Shown here: in pieces, positions 29,894-32,000 of the stretch
Layout: each line of letters opens with the position of its first letter
How positions within the stretch are numbered: position 1 is the first letter of the stretch
Origin: Vibrio alginolyticus NBRC 15630 = ATCC 17749
Lineage (GTDB): Bacteria; Pseudomonadota; Gammaproteobacteria; Enterobacterales; Vibrionaceae
Assembly: GCF_000354175.2 (NCBI RefSeq)
Contig: NC_022349.1
Location: forward strand, 2,070,001 to 2,102,000
Length of the DNA: 32,000 nt
Direction: 5' to 3'
Translations under genes and position numbers: made by a program
Notes under the pieces: generated by a model
What the model was told of the DNA's origin: nothing
Seen by the model: the letters and a program-made list of their open reading frames with translations, nothing else
Databases searched by the model: none

Positions 29894-30373
29894 ATGTTTG
29901 ATATCGCTTTATACGAACCAGAAATCGCGCCGAACACCGGCAACATCATTCGACTATGCGCCAACTGCGGTGCAAACCTTCACTTAATTGAACCTCTGGG
30001 TTTCGATCTTGAAGAGAAAAAAGTCCGCCGTGCTGGTTTGGATTACCATGATTTAGCTCGCGTAACACGCCATAAAAACTATCAAGCGTTCTTAGAGTAT
30101 TTAGAGAAAGAGAAGCAAGGTAACTATCGATTGTTTGCCTGCACCACCAAAACCACAGGTCACCACGTTGATGCACAATACCAAGCGGGTGATGTTTTGA
30201 TGTTTGGTCCAGAAACTCGTGGCTTGCCTGCTGAAATCATCGATAGCTTGCCAATGGAGCAGCGTATTCGCATTCCAATGATGCCAGATGCGCGCAGCCT
30301 AAACCTTTCGAATGCCGTTGCGATCATTGCTTTTGAAGCATGGCGTCAAATGGGCTTTGAAGGCGCATTGTAA
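29894..30373 (+). CDS. trmL: tRNA (cytidine/uridine-2'-O-)-methyltransferase TrmL (SPOUT)
   Basis: From ATG 29894 the product begins [26 protein letters not shown] (E. coli [26 protein letters not shown]). The ORF-track start at 29843 adds 17 unsupported residues. Confidence 0.9.
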   Translation: MFDIALYEPEIAPNTGNIIRLCANCGANLHLIEPLGFDLEEKKVRRAGLDYHDLARVTRHKNYQAFLEYLEKEKQGNYRLFACTTKTTGHHVDAQYQAGDVLMFGPETRGLPAEIIDSLPMEQRIRIPMMPDARSLNLSNAVAIIAFEAWRQMGFEGAL

Positions 30374-30395
30374 GCAGCACGAATTCCAAATACAG

Positions 30396-30425
30396 AAAAG
30401 GGCGCTTGGTGCGCCCTTTTGTTTT
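30396..30425. terminator. Bidirectional terminator between convergent trmL and fxsA
   Basis: AAAAGGGCGC-TTGGT-GCGCCCTTTTGTTTT. Confidence 0.85.
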
Positions 30426-30443
30426 CTTTACTGTCTAACTCAA

Positions 30444-30962
30444 TCAGTTGAGCTTGTTGCGATCATCATCGTCTTTACGCTCGTATTCCCCTTCGAAGGT
30501 CTTGCCATTATCTGACTGGGAATCAAAAGGGTCACGACGGAACGGGTCTTGCTCAAATGGCCCCTGGTTAGAGAAACCACCTTGGAAGCCACCACCATGC
30601 ATGGTTTTCACCACCATTTTGCTCATCAAGTATTTAGCTATCGCGGCGCGTGGCGCAGGAAGCAACACCAACATACCAAGGGCATCGGTCATAAAGCCCG
30701 GGGTTAACAGTAGCACGCCAGCCACCGCTAGCATTACGCCTTCAAAAATTTGCTGGGCTGGAATTTCACCTTGTTCAAGACGCCCCTGTACTGACATCAG
30801 TGTTTGTATACCTTGGCTACGAACCAACGACGCACCAACAAATGCAGTGATTAAGACTAGTGCAATGGTCGGCCATAAACCTAAAAAGCCGCCCACCTGA
30901 ATAAATAAGCCGATTTCAATGATCGGAACAAAAATAAACGCTAATAATAAGATAGGAAACAC
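30444..30962 (-). CDS. fxsA: FxsA-family inner-membrane protein
   Basis: The product has an FxsA-like N-terminus (PILLLAFIFVPIIEIGLFIQVGG) and a C-terminal FEGEYERKDDDD tail like E. coli FxsA. GTG 30962 with an AGGAGG RBS is preferred over ATG 31013. It is divergent from aspA, as in E. coli. Confidence 0.85.
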   Translation of the reverse strand: MFPILLLAFIFVPIIEIGLFIQVGGFLGLWPTIALVLITAFVGASLVRSQGIQTLMSVQGRLEQGEIPAQQIFEGVMLAVAGVLLLTPGFMTDALGMLVLLPAPRAAIAKYLMSKMVVKTMHGGGFQGGFSNQGPFEQDPFRRDPFDSQSDNGKTFEGEYERKDDDDRNKLN

Positions 30963-31178
30963 ACGCCCTCCTTTGTTTAATTCAGTGTAATGGTAAAAGC
31001 AGACTAAGCTCAAACGAATCGTTGTAAAAAAGCGTGTTCATACTGGTCTCCTTCTCTTTTAGACAAAGTAGCGGGAACGCGTTTCATTCAATTGCATACC
31101 GATTTTTTCGTGCTTTTAAAGTGCTAATTTCGAACTCTAAAAACTCATGTTTGTCGAGGAAAATCGAGTACCTATAAA

Positions 31179-31194
31179 GGGTTATTAATAACCC
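31179..31194. repeat. 16-bp perfect palindrome GGGTTATTAATAACCC in the fxsA/aspA intergenic region
   Basis: Read directly from the sequence. It lies about 200 nt upstream of the aspA ATG. Confidence 0.8.
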
Positions 31195-31393
31195 GTTCAT
31201 ACTTTGCAAATTATTGACTCATGAAAAACGAAAAAGGTGATCTAGTTACTATTTTTATGCGCTAGGTGCAGTATCATGTGCCACATAAGTCAGGACGGAT
31301 TTTCCAGCCAAAAATTCTGATGAATGGATTCTAGATTGCAGAAATGGCTAATAAATAACTTTATTATCAGAATTATCATCTAAGGATCCTGCT

Positions 31394-32000
31394 ATGGCTA
31401 CCCTATCTGATGCTCCAAAAACAGCAAACCCAGCCACTCGTATTGAAGAAGATCTATTAGGTCAACGTCATGTCCCTGCAGATGCGTACTACGGTATTCA
31501 TACGCTACGTGCGATCGAGAACTTCAACATCTCTAATATGACCATCTCTGACGTACCAGAATTTGTACGCGGCATGGTAATGACCAAAAAAGCAGCAGCG
31601 TTAGCAAACAAAGAACTTGGCGCTATTCCAAAAGACGTTGCAAACTACATCATCGAAGCGTGTGATTTGATCCTAGAAACTGGCAAGTGTATGGATCAGT
31701 TCCCATCAGACGTATTCCAAGGCGGTGCAGGCACTTCAGTTAACATGAACACGAACGAAGTGATCGCAAACGTTGCGCTTGAGTTGATGGGTAAAGAGAA
31801 AGGCCAATACGAATTTGTTAACCCAAATGACCATGTAAACAAGAGCCAATCAACCAACTGTGCGTACCCAACAGGTTTCCGTATTGCGGTATACAACAGC
31901 GTACACAAGCTAATGGAAGCAATTGAGTACCTAAAAGGCGCATTCGAACTTAAAGCCGTTGAGTTTAAAGATGTACTGAAAATGGGCCGTACTCAGCTTC
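31394..32000 (+). CDS. aspA: Aspartate ammonia-lyase (5' portion; runs off the window)
   Basis: My own translation from ATG 31394 gives [44 protein letters not shown]...[14 protein letters not shown]...[25 protein letters not shown]...LKMGRTQL, collinear with E. coli AspA. AAGGA RBS. The ORF is missing from the supplied track because it has no stop in the window. Confidence 0.93.
   Translation, partial: MATLSDAPKTANPATRIEEDLLGQRHVPADAYYGIHTLRAIENFNISNMTISDVPEFVRGMVMTKKAAALANKELGAIPKDVANYIIEACDLILETGKCMDQFPSDVFQGGAGTSVNMNTNEVIANVALELMGKEKGQYEFVNPNDHVNKSQSTNCAYPTGFRIAVYNSVHKLMEAIEYLKGAFELKAVEFKDVLKMGRTQL

Noticed and set aside
30448-30900. 150-aa plus-strand ORF antisense to fxsA
   Set aside because: Its Ser/Pro/Arg-rich shadow translation lies entirely within fxsA, which has clear similarity to E. 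coli FxsA.
31330-31380. ATTATC-AGA-ATTATC direct repeat upstream of aspA as a possible Fur box
   Set aside because: It aligns poorly to the 19-bp Fur consensus (an extra base disrupts the register), and I know of no biological expectation of Fur control of aspA.

Overview
This window reads as conserved core chromosome of a Vibrio-like gammaproteobacterium. That assignment rests on protein similarity to E. coli orthologues recalled from memory and on gene order; no database search was possible. About 30 CDSs, almost all housekeeping, can be identified. In order they are: an EamA transporter, gpmI, a rhodanese (yibN-like), secB, gpsA, cysE, envC, a DHH/DHHA1 phosphoesterase-like gene, a TetR regulator, a VanZ-like gene, epmA, frdABCD, an SPFH/band-7 protein, efp, epmB, an MgtC-family gene, a secreted repeat protein, groEL/groES, a MATE efflux pump, an IS200-family tnpA element, pfkA, fieF, cpxP, cpxRA, a Mn-type sodA, trmL, fxsA and the 5' part of aspA. 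I found no rRNA genes, tRNA genes or CRISPR arrays. Several intrinsic terminators and four regulatory motifs are legible: a sigma-32 promoter at groES, a CpxR box, a Fur box at sodA and a candidate TetR operator. I do not see a convincing novel multi-gene system such as a defence island or toxin cluster. The items most worth a second look are: (1) the tightly linked same-strand epmA-vanZ-tetR set followed by an uncharacterised DHH/DHHA1 protein; (2) a compact IS200-type element with matching CCACCT/AGGTGG subterminal hairpins between the MATE gene and pfkA; (3) a secreted Gly/Asn/Val-rich repeat protein of unknown function; (4) a 14-bp perfect inverted repeat between secB and gpsA; (5) a Cys where I remember a conserved Asp in the aspartase STND signature; and (6) several long ORF-free intergenic regions and perfect palindromes. 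All regulatory and functional interpretations are motif-level inference and need experimental or database confirmation.
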